DNA of 32,094 nucleotides from an uncultured Syntrophaceae bacterium (GTDB lineage: Bacteria; Desulfobacterota; SM23-61): assembly GCA_964537885.1 (NCBI GenBank), contig CAZIDC010000002.1:1-32094 (forward strand), given 5' to 3'. Within the stretch, counting starts at the first letter, position 1; every line of letters begins with the position of its first letter. Positions 19,566-27,118 of this stretch are shown piece by piece. The notes under the pieces are model-generated. The model was not told where the DNA came from. It did not search any database and worked only from the letters and a program-made list of their open reading frames with translations. The position numbers and the translations under genes were made by a program.

Positions 19566-20030
19566 CTATTTCACCCGTGTCCAGTTGTTGGTTTTACCGA
19601 TCAGGGCAATACCGATGAAGCCCCGAACCTTCAAGTGATCGGGAGTTTCTAAAGTTATCTTGCATTTGTAGGTTTTTCCATCTCTGGGGTCGTATATAAA
19701 GCCGCCTTCCCAAAGATTCTCCCCGGCATAAGAAAACCCCCATACTAAGTTCATTCCCAGGATGGGGCGTTCCCTTTTTGAGGGATCTGGATTTTCGCGG
19801 TCTATCTTGGGTTTTCCGCCCATGTTTTTTGGGTCGTTGGCAGGATAATGGGGTTCTTTCAGCCAAACAATCTTCCCACAGTATTTGCCCTCGCAGGGGT
19901 AGATTTCAATCTGGGCTTCCTTTTCCTGATTCCACCATTGGGCCACGATGGCATCCTGGTTTTGGGCCTGGACGAATGAGACCCAAAAAAGAGCAGTTCC
20001 TATACCGATAATGAGAAAAAATTTTTTCAT
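19566..20030 (-). CDS. DUF2147 domain-containing secreted protein
   Basis: A signal peptide (MKKFFLIIGIGTALFWVSFVQA) is followed by the DUF2147 pattern (AQWWN...IEIYPCEGKYCGKIVWLK...DRENPDPSKRERPILGM...WEGGFIYDPRDGKTYKCKITL...LKVRGFIG). GGAGGGAGA lies immediately upstream. Confidence 0.85.
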   Translation of the reverse strand: MKKFFLIIGIGTALFWVSFVQAQNQDAIVAQWWNQEKEAQIEIYPCEGKYCGKIVWLKEPHYPANDPKNMGGKPKIDRENPDPSKRERPILGMNLVWGFSYAGENLWEGGFIYDPRDGKTYKCKITLETPDHLKVRGFIGIALIGKTNNWTRVK

Positions 20031-20300
20031 TCTCCCTCCTGCGGCGACGAGATAGAAGGCCTTGGGCCCGAGAAAGATTCAGTCCGGAGGCCTCCGTGCA
20101 ATCCGTGATGCCAAGCCGCCGGTCTTGCTGCCATCCGAGTTTCTGGGGAAAATATAACAGAAGATAGTGAGTTGAACAAGAGTTCTAACAATTAAAACTC
20201 AGCTTCATTATTTAGCGTCATGAGGACCTGCATCCTTACCCCGCCCGGAGGTGAGGCCAAGGTTGGGAAAGGAATCGGGGAGTTAAGAAGAAAACGATTA

Positions 20301-20330
20301 TTGACCGGCATAGTTCCCTTTCGCTATACT
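20301..20330 (+). promoter_or_regulatory. Sigma-70-type promoter candidate
   Basis: TTGACC (20301-20306), 18 nt spacer, TATACT (20325-20330), about 70 nt upstream of the ATG at 20403. Confidence 0.4.
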
Positions 20331-20402
20331 GAACTTGTATTGAGCTCCGATTTCATCAGTTGGCTATAGAAGGGGCCGGAATTTTTGCCAAGGGTATCCA
20401 GG

Positions 20403-22064
20403 ATGAACGACAAAAGAAAAACAAAAACCCAGCTCACCGAAGAGCTGGTGAGGCTGCGCCAACGGATTAAGGACCTGGAGCTATCGGTAAGCCGGGGAAA
20501 ACAAGCGGAAAAGTCCCTGCGGGAAACCGAGCAAAAATTTCAGCGGGTATATGATGAGGCGCCCTTCGGCTGCCATGAACTCAACACGGAGGGACAGATC
20601 ACCCGGGTCAATCGCAAGGAACTGGCAATGTTAGGATACACAGCCAGGGAGATGCTGGGCCGGCCGGTGTGGAGGTTTGTCCTGGAGGAGGAAATGACCC
20701 GGCGGATAATCCTGGCTAAGCTTTCGGGGGATGTGTCTTTTCACGAGACCTTTGAGCGGACCTACCGGCGGAAAGATGGAACAACATTACCGGTAATCGC
20801 CCAGGACCGAATCGTCTGGGAAAAGAGGAGGAAGATCACAGGAATCCGTTCCACCCTTGAAGATATCACTGAGCGGAGGCGGGCGGAAGAAGTCCTCCGC
20901 AAGAGTGAAGAACAGTTACGCCAGTGGCAAAAGGTGGAAGCGATTGGAAGGTTAGCAGGGGGGGTGGCCCATGATTTCAACAACCTTTTAATGACCATCA
21001 AGGGCTGCAGCGAACTTTTACTCGGCGAATTCGATGAACATGACCTACGACGGGAGGAGGTTGAAGAAATACGCAAGGCCGCAGAAAGGGCGACTTCCTT
21101 AACCCGGCAGCTCCTTGCTTTTGGGCGAAGGCAGGTTCTTCTGCCTCAAGTACTCAATCTGAACGACATCGTTGAAAACATGAATAGGATGCTTTCCCGC
21201 CTGATCGGTGAGGATATCCAACTGTTAACGGTTCTGGGACCAGACCTATGGCCGGTGAAGGTCGATCCAGGACAGATTGAGCAGGTCCTGATGAATCTGG
21301 CCGTGAATGGACGCGACGCAATGCCCAGAGGGGGCAAACTTACGATCGAGACTGCCAACAAGGAACTTGACGAAGACTATGCCCGACGTCATGTGGCCGT
21401 CAAACCCGGAGCATACGTATTGCTGGCAGTGAGTGATAACGGCTGTGGAATGGACAAGGAAACTCAATCGCATCTCTTCGAGCCTTTCTTCACTACCAAG
21501 GAACAGGGGAAAGGGACCGGGTTGGGTTTGTCGACAGTATATGGAATTATCAAACAAAGCGGCGGTAACATCTGGGTGTATAGTGAGTTAGGACAAGGGA
21601 CATCTTTCAAGATTTACCTGCCAACCGTAGAAGAGGAGGTTGAAACATACAAAACGGCTGCCCTTTTCTCCCCGCCCCCCGGCGGGACGGAAACCATCCT
21701 GCTGGTGGAAGATGAAGAGGCAGTGAGAACCATGATCAGCAAGGTCCTCCAGAGTGGCGGTTATACGGTGCTGGAAGCTCAGCACGGCGTCGAGGCCCTC
21801 CGGGTTTGCAAAAAGCATAGCGGTCCGATTCATTTGATGATTTCCGATGTTGTTATGCCCCAGATGAGTGGCCGGGAATTAGCCGGACGCCTGGCCTTGC
21901 GGCGGCCGGAGATGAGGGTGCTTTACATTTCCGGATATCCGGACAATGCCATCGTCCACCATGGAGTGCTGGAAACAGGGACGGCGTTTCTTCAGAAACC
22001 CTTCACCCTGAATGCCCTGGAGTACAAGGTGCGGGAAGTACTTGACGGACAGCAGCAGAGTTGA
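20403..22064 (+). CDS. Hybrid sensor histidine kinase/response regulator (coiled coil, PAS, HisKA, HATPase_c, REC), cytoplasmic
   Basis: A PAS domain is followed by the H-box (LAGGVAHDFNNLL), then the N-box (LMNLAVNGRDAM), G-boxes (DNGCGMD, GKGTGLGLS) and a C-terminal receiver (ILLVEDEE...LMISDVVMPQMSG...LQKPF). I prefer the ATG at 20403 over the track's TTG at 20385. Confidence 0.9.
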   Translation: MNDKRKTKTQLTEELVRLRQRIKDLELSVSRGKQAEKSLRETEQKFQRVYDEAPFGCHELNTEGQITRVNRKELAMLGYTAREMLGRPVWRFVLEEEMTRRIILAKLSGDVSFHETFERTYRRKDGTTLPVIAQDRIVWEKRRKITGIRSTLEDITERRRAEEVLRKSEEQLRQWQKVEAIGRLAGGVAHDFNNLLMTIKGCSELLLGEFDEHDLRREEVEEIRKAAERATSLTRQLLAFGRRQVLLPQVLNLNDIVENMNRMLSRLIGEDIQLLTVLGPDLWPVKVDPGQIEQVLMNLAVNGRDAMPRGGKLTIETANKELDEDYARRHVAVKPGAYVLLAVSDNGCGMDKETQSHLFEPFFTTKEQGKGTGLGLSTVYGIIKQSGGNIWVYSELGQGTSFKIYLPTVEEEVETYKTAALFSPPPGGTETILLVEDEEAVRTMISKVLQSGGYTVLEAQHGVEALRVCKKHSGPIHLMISDVVMPQMSGRELAGRLALRRPEMRVLYISGYPDNAIVHHGVLETGTAFLQKPFTLNALEYKVREVLDGQQQS

Positions 22065-22333
22065 GATGATTCCAGCAGGAAGCCCTCAAGACCATTCTCT
22101 TTAAACCTCCCCCATTGCGTATCCAGGGAATGCCTTTTATTCAGCTTTAAAAATCCCTTTTGAATGTGGACTGCGTTAACATTTGGCGGGAAAGCCCGGG
22201 GAGAAGTTTTGCTCTCCATCTTCTGCTGGGAAGGAAATATTTTTGCTCAAGTTTGCCAAAAATTAACCGATAAAATAATAGAAAAAACAAGAAGAAGCTA
22301 AAATAACGGATGGGAATCCACTAAAAACCTAAA

Positions 22334-22540
22334 ATGATTTCTGATGATATCTTGAACATTAAAGAAGTTTCCGATTATTTAAAAATTCCCGTATCGACGG
22401 TTTATAAATTGGCCCAGGATGGAAAACTCCCGGCCGTAAAAGTCGGGAAACACTGGAGGTTTTTAAAAAGAGACCTCGATCATCTCTTTAAGAAAAAGCC
22501 AGTGGAAGCCCTCCACGGACACCCCCCCCACAATCCCTAA
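22334..22540 (+). CDS. Small excisionase/MerR-superfamily HTH (HTH_17-like) DNA-binding protein
   Basis: LNIKEVSDYLKIPVSTVYKLAQDGKLPAVKVGKHWRFLKRDLDHLF matches the excisionase-family DNA-binding domain pattern (...T.Y.....G.[IL]P..K.G..WRF....[IL]..W). No SD is visible, and a C8 tract lies at 22522-22529. Confidence 0.7.
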   Translation: MISDDILNIKEVSDYLKIPVSTVYKLAQDGKLPAVKVGKHWRFLKRDLDHLFKKKPVEALHGHPPHNP

Positions 22541-22579
22541 GCTCCTTAAAGTATTGAAGTTTACTTTCCAATAAAAAAA

Positions 22580-22608
22580 TTGACAGAATAAAATAATTAT
22601 TCTAAAAT
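22580..22608 (+). promoter_or_regulatory. Sigma-70-type promoter candidate for the second activator gene
   Basis: TTGACA (22580-22585), 17 nt spacer, TAAAAT (22603-22608), about 100 nt upstream of the ATG at 22707. Confidence 0.5.
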
Positions 22609-22706
22609 ATCCTCAAAACCTTTCCTCTTGCCGGATATTTACGGGGGGTGGAAAAGAGGGATTTTTAGAAAGACCTTGGCTGTTATTTTTAGCGGGAAGA
22701 TGAAAA

Positions 22707-24092
22707 ATGGGTAGTGAGAAAATCTTGGTCATCGATGATTCGATGGAAATCCTTACCCTTTTCCCTGAGTATTTAAAAGGAGAAGGGTACGATGTTGAGA
22801 CATCGAGGGATGGAGCAAACGGCATCTCGATGATGGAGAATAAATTTTATGACTTGGTTCTTACTGACTTGAAAATGCCCGGTGTCGACGGGATGGGGGT
22901 TTTAAAATATATCAAAGACCATTCTTCCGATTCCATCTGCATCATTCTGACCGGGTACGGCACAGTCAAAAATGCGGTCGAGGCGATCAAATTGGGCGCT
23001 TTTGATTACCTGACCAAACCCGTGAAGCTGGATGAGATAACGATTGTCTTGAAAAGAGCGTTAGAATATCGTGATTTGAAGCGGGAGAATATAAACCTGC
23101 GGAATCAGCTAAAAAAAAAATACCGCTTTGAAAATATTATCGGCAACCATGAAAAGATGGAGAAGATATTCGAGGTTATAGAGAAAGTAGCGGATTCAGA
23201 TAGTACCATTTTAATTTTAGGAGAAAGCGGAACCGGAAAGGAGTTAATTGCCAAGGCCATCCATTACAACAGTTATCGACGGGAGAAACCTTTTATTCCT
23301 GTAAATTGCGCGGCCATCCCGGGCGAACTTTTGGAGAGTGAGTTGTTCGGCCATGAAAAGGGGGCTTTTACCAATGCCATCCGCACCCGCATCGGTCGCT
23401 TCGAACTCGCCAACGGGGGAACTGTGTTCCTGGATGAAATCGGCGACATGACCCCGGTTCTCCAGAGTAAATTATTGAGAGTCTTGCAGGAGAGACAATT
23501 TGAACGGATCGGAGGGGTTAAAACAATCAAGACGGACATCCGAGTCATTGCCGCTACGCACCAGGATTTGAAACTGGCGGTGCAGCAGAAAAGATTCCGG
23601 GAAGATTTATATTATCGATTGAATGTTATCCCCATCAATATTCCCCCCCTAAGGGAGCGGAAATCGGATATTTCCCTCCTGGCCCTCCATTTTTTAGAGC
23701 ATTTTAACGGGAGCAAGAAGAAAAAGATCAAAGGAATTAACAATGAAGCTATGGATCGGTTGATGCAGTATGATTGGCCCGGCAACGTTCGGGAACTTGA
23801 AAACACCATTGAGCGGGCTGTCATTCTATTGGATGCGGATATCATTACCCCAGAAGATTTACCCCCAAAATTCCAGGATTTTTCCAAGTCAGGCTCGCCC
23901 GCTCCGCTGGAAATTCCCGAAGAGGGAATATCCCTGGACACAGTGGTTAACGAATTTGAGAAGAAATTAATCCTTCAGGCGCTTATCAAAACCGGGTGGG
24001 TTAAAAATAAGGCCGCCCAACTTTTAAATCTAAATCGAACGACCTTGATCGAGAAGATAAAACGCCAAAATCTCCAGCCTCCCAGCCCCTAA
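22707..24092 (+). CDS. Sigma-54-dependent response regulator (NtrC family; FlrC/FleR/FlgR-like by context)
   Basis: The receiver has an intact phospho-acceptor context (ILVIDDS...LVLTDLKMPGVDG). The AAA+ domain carries GESGTGKE, ELFGHEKGAFTNA (GAFTGA variant) and VFLDEIGD. The C-terminal Fis HTH reads NKAAQLLNLNRTTLIEKIK. Confidence 0.93.
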   Translation: MGSEKILVIDDSMEILTLFPEYLKGEGYDVETSRDGANGISMMENKFYDLVLTDLKMPGVDGMGVLKYIKDHSSDSICIILTGYGTVKNAVEAIKLGAFDYLTKPVKLDEITIVLKRALEYRDLKRENINLRNQLKKKYRFENIIGNHEKMEKIFEVIEKVADSDSTILILGESGTGKELIAKAIHYNSYRREKPFIPVNCAAIPGELLESELFGHEKGAFTNAIRTRIGRFELANGGTVFLDEIGDMTPVLQSKLLRVLQERQFERIGGVKTIKTDIRVIAATHQDLKLAVQQKRFREDLYYRLNVIPINIPPLRERKSDISLLALHFLEHFNGSKKKKIKGINNEAMDRLMQYDWPGNVRELENTIERAVILLDADIITPEDLPPKFQDFSKSGSPAPLEIPEEGISLDTVVNEFEKKLILQALIKTGWVKNKAAQLLNLNRTTLIEKIKRQNLQPPSP

Positions 24093-24113
24093 GCTTTCGG
24101 ATCACAGCAGCTC

Positions 24114-24147
24114 TGTCAAACCATTGACTCTGAATTCGTCAAGTGAC
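24114..24147. promoter_or_regulatory. Candidate enhancer (UAS) inverted repeats
   Basis: tGTCAAaccaTTGAC (24114-24128) and GTCAagTGAC (24138-24147), about 90-120 bp upstream of the -24 element at 24235. Confidence 0.35.
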
Positions 24148-24195
24148 TGAAATCCAGCCCAATCCTATCTCCGCATAATATTTAAAGTAAAATAA

Positions 24196-24208
24196 TATCA
24201 ATAAGTTA
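24196..24208 (+). promoter_or_regulatory. IHF-like bending site
   Basis: TATCAATAAGTTA fits WATCAANNNNTTR exactly. It is 12/13 identical to the box at 6779-6791. Confidence 0.35.
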
Positions 24209-24234
24209 ATGACAATAAAAGATCATCTTTATAT

Positions 24235-24250
24235 TGGCATGACCATTGCA
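24235..24250 (+). promoter_or_regulatory. Sigma-54 (RpoN) -24/-12 promoter
   Basis: TGGCATgaccaTTGCA. GG is at 24236-24237 and GC at 24248-24249, in the canonical 12-nt register. It lies directly downstream of a sigma-54 activator gene and upstream of the FliN-like gene. Confidence 0.7.
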
Positions 24251-24411
24251 CAAAAGATCATAAGAAATAGGCGAATGGTGGAAAGAAAAATATTAATAGG
24301 TATTGATGTCTTTATTCCGGGACAAGATAAAAGGATAGGCAGAATCAAATATTAAATAGCTTTAAGGTCCAACCGATTTATTTTTTTGAATTCGCAACCC
24401 ATTAAAAAACG

Positions 24412-24834
24412 ATGGAAAAATTATTATCTCAAGACGAAATTGATGCCTTACTCCGGGGGGTAGAGAATGGCCAAGTTGAAACCGCTGCCGAGCCAAGGGG
24501 AGGAAAGAAAGGAATGAACGGAGGAGGGTCTTCCTCCAAAGAGGAACCAACAGTTCCCGGTTCAAAAGAGATTCCCAACCTGGATTTCATCTTGGACATC
24601 CCCTTAGAAGTTTCAGTAGAGTTGGGCCGGGCGAAGATGTTGATCAGCGATCTTTTGCAATTGGGGCAGGGTTCGGTCATCGAGCTGACCAAATTGGCCG
24701 GAGAGCCGCTGGAAATATTCGTCAACCAAAAGCTCATCGCTCGAGGAGAAGTCGTGGTCTTAAACCGGAAGTTGGGGATCCGCATGACTGACATCATCAG
24801 CCCGATAGAACGGGTTCGACAATTGAACGCGTGA
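24412..24834 (+). CDS. fliN: Flagellar motor switch protein FliN-like (SpoA domain) with an N-terminal LSQDEIDALL peptide
   Basis: The C-terminal ~85 aa (ILDIPLEVSVELGRAKMLISDLLQLGQGSVIELTKLAGEPLEIFVNQKLIARGEVVVLNRKLGIRMTDI) are a typical FliN/SpoA domain. The N-terminus is MEKLLSQDEIDALL, the FliM/FliY-type EIDALL motif. No SD is present (aaaaaacgATG). Confidence 0.85.
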   Translation: MEKLLSQDEIDALLRGVENGQVETAAEPRGGKKGMNGGGSSSKEEPTVPGSKEIPNLDFILDIPLEVSVELGRAKMLISDLLQLGQGSVIELTKLAGEPLEIFVNQKLIARGEVVVLNRKLGIRMTDIISPIERVRQLNA

Positions 24835-24977
24835 AGAATTGGATGATCTGGCCTGAAGTTTAACGGGCTAGGGGAAGATGATGCCGCAAATTGCGGAAGA
24901 TATTTTGCTGGCCATTAGGGACGGGTGGCCAATCTGGTTGTTAAAACGGTCCAAGGGAAGAAATGGGGTCGATTTAT

Positions 24978-25916
24978 ATGGATCAAGCAGGCGGATTGGG
25001 CAGGGTAATGGAAAAACCTTCCAGAAAAGCGGGGATTTCAATTCCACCCCCCGCCGCAATAAAGAGCCTTCCTCTTGGCAAAGGGCCAAGGGTAATAACG
25101 GTCAGCAGTGGAAAGGGAGGAGTTGGAAAAACCAACGTGGTTGCCAACCTGGCCTTTGCCTTAACGCAAATGGCCAAGAGGGTTTTGGTTTGGGACGCTG
25201 ATTTGGGGTTGGCCAATATCGACATCCTTTTAGGGTTAACTTCTCGTTACACGATTGAACATCTTTTAAAACTTAAAAAACCAGTTTCCGATATTTTGAT
25301 CAAAGGCCCCGGGGGAATGTCCATTCTGCCAGCCAGTTCCGGTGTCCTGGAAATGCTGGATTTAACGGAAAGTCAGAAAATTTTTCTTTTAAATGAGCTG
25401 GATATTCTTGCCGAAACCATTGACTTTTTGCTGATCGATACCGGGGCCGGGATCTCTTCTAACGTTATCTTTTTCAATATGGCCGCGGAGGAATCGATTG
25501 TCCTGGCCACCCCGGAACCGACTTCGATCACCGATGCCTATGCTTTAATTAAGGTCTTAGCACAAAAATATCGGAAGAAAAAATTCACCATCCTGGTGAA
25601 TTCTGCCCAAAATAGCCAGGAGGCCAAGGAGGTTTTCAAAAAAATAAGCATGGTTGCCGATCGCTTTCTGGGTAATTTAGCCATAGATTATTTAGGCTTT
25701 ATTCCCTTCGATGAAAAACTTCCTCTTGCCGTAAAACATCAACGACCGGTTTTAGAGATTTATCCCCAGGCGCCTTCCAGTCGCAGTTTTGTGGAGGTAG
25801 CCAGAATCCTCGCCGAAAAACCATTGCCCGAAGCATCCACAGGTAATGTCCGATTTTTCTGGGGAAAAATTTTTCACTGTCACCAGGCAGAAGAAAAAGA
25901 AAGGGGGGCTGATTGA
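24978..25916 (+). CDS. flhG: MinD/ParA-family ATPase FlhG (YlxH/FleN-like)
   Basis: The deviant Walker A is SSGKGGVGKT. The N-terminal MDQAGGLGR resembles the DQAxxLR activator helix of FlhG, which argues for the ATG at 24978 rather than the track start at 24963. The C-terminal amphipathic VRFFWGKIF looks like a membrane-targeting helix. Confidence 0.85.
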   Translation: MDQAGGLGRVMEKPSRKAGISIPPPAAIKSLPLGKGPRVITVSSGKGGVGKTNVVANLAFALTQMAKRVLVWDADLGLANIDILLGLTSRYTIEHLLKLKKPVSDILIKGPGGMSILPASSGVLEMLDLTESQKIFLLNELDILAETIDFLLIDTGAGISSNVIFFNMAAEESIVLATPEPTSITDAYALIKVLAQKYRKKKFTILVNSAQNSQEAKEVFKKISMVADRFLGNLAIDYLGFIPFDEKLPLAVKHQRPVLEIYPQAPSSRSFVEVARILAEKPLPEASTGNVRFFWGKIFHCHQAEEKERGAD

Positions 25917-26704
25917 AAGCCAGAGCCATTCCTTACAAAACATTTTGTCCCAACGTGGTAGCCACCTCGCCGCCAAACGACGAGTCCTTGAATCGCGAGG
26001 AAATGATCCTAAAGTATACGCCGTTGATTAAGTATATCGCTCACCGCCTGGCCATGCGTCTGCCCCCCCATATTGCCGTGGAAGACTTGATCAGCGCCGG
26101 GGTATTTGGGTTAATGGATGCCCTGAACAAGTTTGATCCGGCCAGGAAAGTGCAGTTTAAGACCTTTGCCGAGTTCCGGATAAAAGGGGCCATGTTGGAT
26201 GAACTGAGGTCGCTGGATTGGGTTTCTCGCTCCGTAAGGCAAAAGGCAAACCAATTGGAAAAAGCTTTTTTTAATATAGAGAAAAAAAAGGGGCGGGCGG
26301 CCGAGGATGAAGAGGTGGCCCAGGAATTGGGCCTATCCCTGGATGAATACTACAAAATGGTAAACGAAATTCACGGAGTTTTTTTGCTGGATGTGCCGCG
26401 ACTGCGGATAAAAATTCCCAACCTTCCCGAAGAAGATTTAATCGATCTACTCGTCGCCGAAAAAGAAAACCATCCGTTTCATCTACTCAGTCTGGCGGAA
26501 ATAAAAAAGGTTTTAACCCAAGCGATTGAAGGACTCACGCCTAAAGAAAAAACCGTGATTTCACTCTATTACTATGAGGAATTAACCTTGAAGGAAATCG
26601 GGGAGATATTGGGGTTTACTGAATCCCGGATATGCCAGATTCACACAAAATCTGTTTTAAAACTGCGGTTGAAAATACGGCATTACATGAAAGATGGGCG
26701 GTAA
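25913..26704 (+). CDS. fliA: RNA polymerase sigma factor FliA/WhiG (sigma-28)
   Basis: Region 2 is YTPLIKYIAHRLAMRLPPHIAVEDLISAGVFGLMDALNKFDP...FKTFAEFRIKGAMLDELR. Region 4.2 is LTLKEIGEILGFTESRICQIHTKSVLKLR. The start is uncertain: TTG 25913 overlaps the flhG stop by 4 nt, and ATG 26003 is an alternative. Confidence 0.9.
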   Translation: MKARAIPYKTFCPNVVATSPPNDESLNREEMILKYTPLIKYIAHRLAMRLPPHIAVEDLISAGVFGLMDALNKFDPARKVQFKTFAEFRIKGAMLDELRSLDWVSRSVRQKANQLEKAFFNIEKKKGRAAEDEEVAQELGLSLDEYYKMVNEIHGVFLLDVPRLRIKIPNLPEEDLIDLLVAEKENHPFHLLSLAEIKKVLTQAIEGLTPKEKTVISLYYYEELTLKEIGEILGFTESRICQIHTKSVLKLRLKIRHYMKDGR

Positions 26705-26751
26705 GGGCTGATCTGATCGGGGATTTTTTCTCGGGTTCCAATGGACAAATT

Positions 26752-26777
26752 AAAAAGCCGGTCAAGACCGGCTTTTT
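26752..26777. terminator. Bidirectional rho-independent terminator between convergent fliA and flgM
   Basis: AAAAA-GCCGGTC-aa-GACCGGC-TTTTT. The hairpin overlaps the last codons of flgM. Confidence 0.6.
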
Positions 26778-27118
26778 AATTTCTTAGGCCTGGGGGGGGA
26801 AAATCCGCGATTCATCAACAGGATGGATTCTTTTAGCATTTTATCGGCAATGGCTTCAGCCTTGATATGATAGTCTCCTTCGGCGATTGCTTTTTTCAGG
26901 ACAGCCACTCGCCCAGACCGCCCTTCCGGGAGCAAATCAAGAAGGGCACGAATTCTTTTAATCTCCCTTGATTGATCCGAAGGTTTGATTTTTTTTAGCG
27001 AGAAAATCTGATTCTTAACTTTTTGAGGGATACGGGTTTTATCCGCAGGGTTGGATTTATTGGCCCGATTGATCAGGGCTATATAATTCATTTTTTTATT
27101 GCCGTCTGAAAGCTTCAT
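26762..27118 (-). CDS. flgM: Anti-sigma-28 factor FlgM-like
   Basis: A 118 aa, largely polar protein. Its C-terminal part (RVAVLKKAIAEGDYHIKAEAIADKML) matches the conserved FlgM sigma-28-binding region (...KV..[IL]K..I..G.Y.[IV]D...IA.K[ML]). It is convergent with fliA, and AAGGA lies 9 nt upstream. Confidence 0.7.
   Translation of the reverse strand: MKLSDGNKKMNYIALINRANKSNPADKTRIPQKVKNQIFSLKKIKPSDQSREIKRIRALLDLLPEGRSGRVAVLKKAIAEGDYHIKAEAIADKMLKESILLMNRGFSPPRPKKLKSRS

Noticed and set aside
20031-20300. 270 nt between DUF2147 and the hybrid kinase, containing the 12-nt palindrome CGGAGGCCTCCG (20085-20096). I examined it for RNase P, 6S, SRP or riboswitch signatures.
   Set aside because: It has none of the conserved strings I know, such as GGAAAGUCCGG or ACAGAACCCGGCUUA for RNase P. 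Resemblance to c-di-GMP-I elements is only superficial and in the wrong order. It is most simply a divergent promoter or 5' UTR region.
22185-22194. 10-mer GGCGGGAAAG present near both borders of the AT-rich island (22185-22194 and 28717-28726), considered as possible att-like direct repeats.
   Set aside because: A single 10-nt match between two stretches of about 270 nt has a chance probability of several percent. The flanks do not extend the match, and there is no integrase.
22233-22246. Sigma-54-like element upstream of the small HTH gene (GGAAATATTTTTGC).
   Set aside because: The register is correct (12 nt) and the -12 half is TTTGCT. However, the -24 half is aaGGaaat rather than TGGCAC, which is too degenerate to call without a scoring matrix.
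24878-25201. 107-aa ORF overlapping the start of flhG, and the track start at 24963 for flhG.
   Set aside because: It is out of frame with the Walker-A-containing FlhG frame. For flhG itself, the ATG at 24978 gives the conserved MDQA... N-terminus, so the upstream 5 codons are probably not translated.
26840-26847. Exact sigma-28 -10 consensus GCCGATAA on the minus strand.
   Set aside because: It lies inside the flgM coding sequence, where it encodes the conserved IADK. No TAAA -35 element lies 15 nt upstream, and no gene lies downstream in that orientation.
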